Assembly (NCBI GenBank): GCA_037137395.1
Contig: JBAXKK010000031.1
Span: forward strand, 1-26,382
Direction: 5' to 3'
Length of the DNA stretch: 26,382 nt
From: Elusimicrobiota bacterium
Lineage (GTDB): Bacteria > Elusimicrobiota > Elusimicrobia > Elusimicrobiales > UBA9959
Under the pieces are notes generated by a model. That model did no database searches. It was not told the origin of the DNA and saw only the letters and a program-made list of their open reading frames with translations. Position numbers and translations under genes: made by a program. Positions 23,757 to 26,382 of this stretch are shown in pieces (position 1 is the first letter of the stretch; each line of letters begins with the position of its first letter).

Positions 23757-25424
23757 TTAAATCTCATGTCCCTCAAGGTTCCTGAGCCCCAGTTTCCAGG
23801 GCACGATAAGCGCCGCCGCGTTAAGCGCGGTGAAAGCGACAACGCACAGCGTCACCCCCCGCCAGTCCCACGCGTGCGCCCGGCCGAACCGCTGGGCGAA
23901 ATGCATCTGGACCGGCCATGATTCCAACGCCACCATGAGGCCGAGGTAACCCATCGCGCAGGCCATATAGATAAAACCGCCGTAAGAAGATTCCAACTGG
24001 TGAATATTTTCCACCTTGAAATCCGGGAAGAGCGCGCCTAAACCTATCCCCATCACAGAGATAACTACGGCGGCCACAACAATGCTGCAGGTTGAGAGCG
24101 TGGAAATAAAAAAATCTGCGTTCAACAGATGGTTTGAACATGTTATCAACACCACCCCGATTACGACCGAAGGGATGATAGAAATCAGCAGTTTTTCTTT
24201 CATGATCTGGGAGATGGTGACCGGCGAGGATTTAATAAGCCAGAAGCTGCCGCCTTCAAGGCTGATTGCCGGAAAGATAAACCGCAGCCCGATAGCCGCC
24301 ATCACGAATCCCGCCACCCCGATATTGAGGAAAGAAACCAGGCTTTTTATATCCTGCGAGTCCAGCGGAAGCTGGCGTATGCTGAAAAGATAGACTACGA
24401 TAAGGGCCGCGATGAGTATGAGCTGCGACCAGTAGCGCGGATCGCGCAGGAGCAGCAGCCTATCCTTCCAGCAAAAGGTAAGCAGCTGCCTGAATTTCCC
24501 GAATTTTATTACGATCCGCTGCTCCGGGATCAACCTGGCGGTACCGCGGAACCTGGGCGAACTTTGGGCACCGCTGAAACCCTTCGCGTATACGAACCCT
24601 GAAACAAAATACACGCCCGCGTAAATTATAAGGGCCGCCGCGAAAAGGACGCCGGCATAAAAAAAGAAAGCTCCCCAGTTTCCGGCTGGATAAGAGATCA
24701 TCGCCTTCGTCACCCACCACGACGGCAGATACGGCGCGGTCGGGGACTGCAGATATTGTATATATTGAGCCACCACCTCAAGGCTGTCCGGCCGGAGAAG
24801 CGTTTCCGGCTTCATAAACCGGAACGCGACATAAACAAAAGATACTGACAAGCTCCCGAGCAGCCAGGTTATATCCCTCGTCCTGGAAGAGGGAAAAAGG
24901 TACATGACCAGCGTGCTGAAGATAATGCCGAAGGAGCCGGCCAGCATGACAAACGGAACCATCAGCAGCATATAGGAAAGATAGAAACCGGGTCCGAGCC
25001 CCTTAACCCGGCCCAGGGCTATAATGTACGGCAGGAGGGCCAGGAGCAGCGTCCACGAAGAATAAAACACGGTCTCCATGGCCTTGTCCATAAAAAGGGA
25101 GCGCAGGCTTATGGGGCAGGAAAAAAGGAATTTAAGGTCAAAGGAGTAATAGAGCGTGGTCATTGAAATGATGATGGAAGAAACGATGACCATGGAAAAA
25201 GTCATAAGAAGGATCATGGAGGTGAGTTTCCAGGCAAGCATGGGCCCGATGAGCTGCACGCCCTCCAGATAGGTGAGAAGCCTCCAGAATCCGCCGTAAA
25301 GCGCCAGCAGCATCAGCAGGCCGACGAGCAGGAACATCAGGGTCTTGACCAGGCGCCAGCCCCGCATCGCCTTTATCCTGTTTTTAAAGGTCAGTATCTT
25401 TCTTTTTAAAAGGACGCTCAGCAT
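23757..25424 (-). CDS. Large ABC-2-type exporter permease
   Basis: Likely start MLSVLLKRK at 25424; many TM segments; DLKFLFSCPI, KDRLLLLRDP, SLEGGSFWLIKSSP; follows ABC ATPase. Confidence 0.85.
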   Translation of the reverse strand: MLSVLLKRKILTFKNRIKAMRGWRLVKTLMFLLVGLLMLLALYGGFWRLLTYLEGVQLIGPMLAWKLTSMILLMTFSMVIVSSIIISMTTLYYSFDLKFLFSCPISLRSLFMDKAMETVFYSSWTLLLALLPYIIALGRVKGLGPGFYLSYMLLMVPFVMLAGSFGIIFSTLVMYLFPSSRTRDITWLLGSLSVSFVYVAFRFMKPETLLRPDSLEVVAQYIQYLQSPTAPYLPSWWVTKAMISYPAGNWGAFFFYAGVLFAAALIIYAGVYFVSGFVYAKGFSGAQSSPRFRGTARLIPEQRIVIKFGKFRQLLTFCWKDRLLLLRDPRYWSQLILIAALIVVYLFSIRQLPLDSQDIKSLVSFLNIGVAGFVMAAIGLRFIFPAISLEGGSFWLIKSSPVTISQIMKEKLLISIIPSVVIGVVLITCSNHLLNADFFISTLSTCSIVVAAVVISVMGIGLGALFPDFKVENIHQLESSYGGFIYMACAMGYLGLMVALESWPVQMHFAQRFGRAHAWDWRGVTLCVVAFTALNAAALIVPWKLGLRNLEGHEI

Positions 25425-25474
25425 AATGAAAATATGGGAGTCAGAAGATTGGAACCAATCTTCCGGTTTTCCGG

Positions 25475-26200
25475 CTACGCGGTCAGTTCTAAAAACACTT
25501 CTTCCAGAGAACGGTCGCAATGGGCTCCGGAGGCCAGCTTTTTGACTTCGGCTACGGTGCCTTTGGCTATCAGGCGGCCGGCGGAAATAATGCCCAGGGA
25601 AGTGCAAAGCTTTTCGGCCATGTCCAGGATATGGGTGCACATGAAGACCGCCGTTCCATTTTTAGATATGTCCAGCAGAAGCTGCTTGAAGCGCCGGATG
25701 CTTTTCGGGTCCAGCCCGACCGTCGGCTCGTCGAACAGCACGACACGGGGCTTGCGCAAGAGAACGCTGGCGATAAGCAGTTTTTGCTTCATGCCGTGAG
25801 AGTAGGATTCAAGAAGCTCGCCGCTTTGGGCGTAGATCTCAAAAAGATCCATCAACTCGGGTATGCGCTCCCGCTGCTCTTTATATGGTACGGAATAAAT
25901 ATCTCCGATAAAGCGCAGGAATTCAAAACCGGTAAGCTTGGGGTAGACGAATGGCTCGTCTGGAATATAGGCAAGAACTTTTTTGGCCTCCAGCGGCTGC
26001 TTTACCACATCAAAACCGCCAACCAGAACCCGGCCCGAAGTGGGCTTCATGATACCTGACAATATCTTGACGGTAGTGGTCTTGCCCGCGCCGTTCGGGC
26101 CAAGAAAACCGAATATCTCCCCCGGGGAGATGCTAAGGCTCAAGGCGTCCACGGCTTTGTAGGCGCCAAAATTCTTGGTAAGGTTATGGATTTCAATCAC
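25475..26200 (-). CDS. ABC transporter ATP-binding protein
   Basis: Walker A GPNGAGKT, signature YSHGMKQK, Walker B VVLFDEP; likely start GTG at 26200 (the ORF-track extension to 26239 runs into the repeat element). Confidence 0.93.
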   Translation of the reverse strand: MIEIHNLTKNFGAYKAVDALSLSISPGEIFGFLGPNGAGKTTTVKILSGIMKPTSGRVLVGGFDVVKQPLEAKKVLAYIPDEPFVYPKLTGFEFLRFIGDIYSVPYKEQRERIPELMDLFEIYAQSGELLESYSHGMKQKLLIASVLLRKPRVVLFDEPTVGLDPKSIRRFKQLLLDISKNGTAVFMCTHILDMAEKLCTSLGIISAGRLIAKGTVAEVKKLASGAHCDRSLEEVFLELTA

Positions 26201-26206
26201 GGGGTT

Positions 26207-26382
26207 AACCCGAATCCTGCAGTTCAGAATGATTCCCATAGATAAATCAGGGGAATAAAATTATTCTGCAGGATTCCCCGCACAGCGGGCAGAGGGCCAA
26301 GCGCTATGCGCGACAGGCCCGACGGGATGTATTCCTCCCGAAGGGCGCCAGTTATACGGGCGGAAAACTTCAACTGAAGTTT
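26207..26382. mobile_element. ~185-bp MITE-like / structured repeat element, copy 2 (truncated by window end)
   Basis: Collinear with 5494-5672; exact shared blocks gaatcctgcagtt, aattattctgcaggattccccgca, caagcgctatgcgcga. Confidence 0.7.

Overview
Bacterial chromosomal window, gene-dense and mostly on the minus strand. Gene content (PorV-like barrel next to a T9SS-CTD-like exported protein, orphan MotA/MotB, short QueF) is suggestive of Elusimicrobiota, but that is inference only. Genes from left to right: PorV/PorQ-like protein with a C-terminal TPR (cut by the window edge), CTD-bearing secreted protein, receiver / HAMP histidine kinase / atypical OmpR cluster, queF, copA, gluzincin-like lipoprotein, GT-C-like membrane protein, TPR lipoprotein, lspA, ileS, a motB / coiled-coil / motA operon, a divergent atypical OmpR plus receiver pair, small membrane protein, cNMP-binding protein, AI-2E transporter, tRNA-Leu(CAA), polysaccharide deacetylase, and an ABC permease and ATPase. 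The main candidates for new biology are: (1) a flagellar-type MotA/MotB stator with no flagellar genes in the window, a 452-aa coiled-coil gene between its subunits and a charge-reversed rotor-contact residue; (2) a ~185-nt element with terminal inverted repeats and covarying hairpins, present twice and abutting a start codon both times; (3) inverted heptamer arrays placed at translation starts and invading coding sequence; (4) REP-like palindromes with nested mini-palindromes in the same loop.
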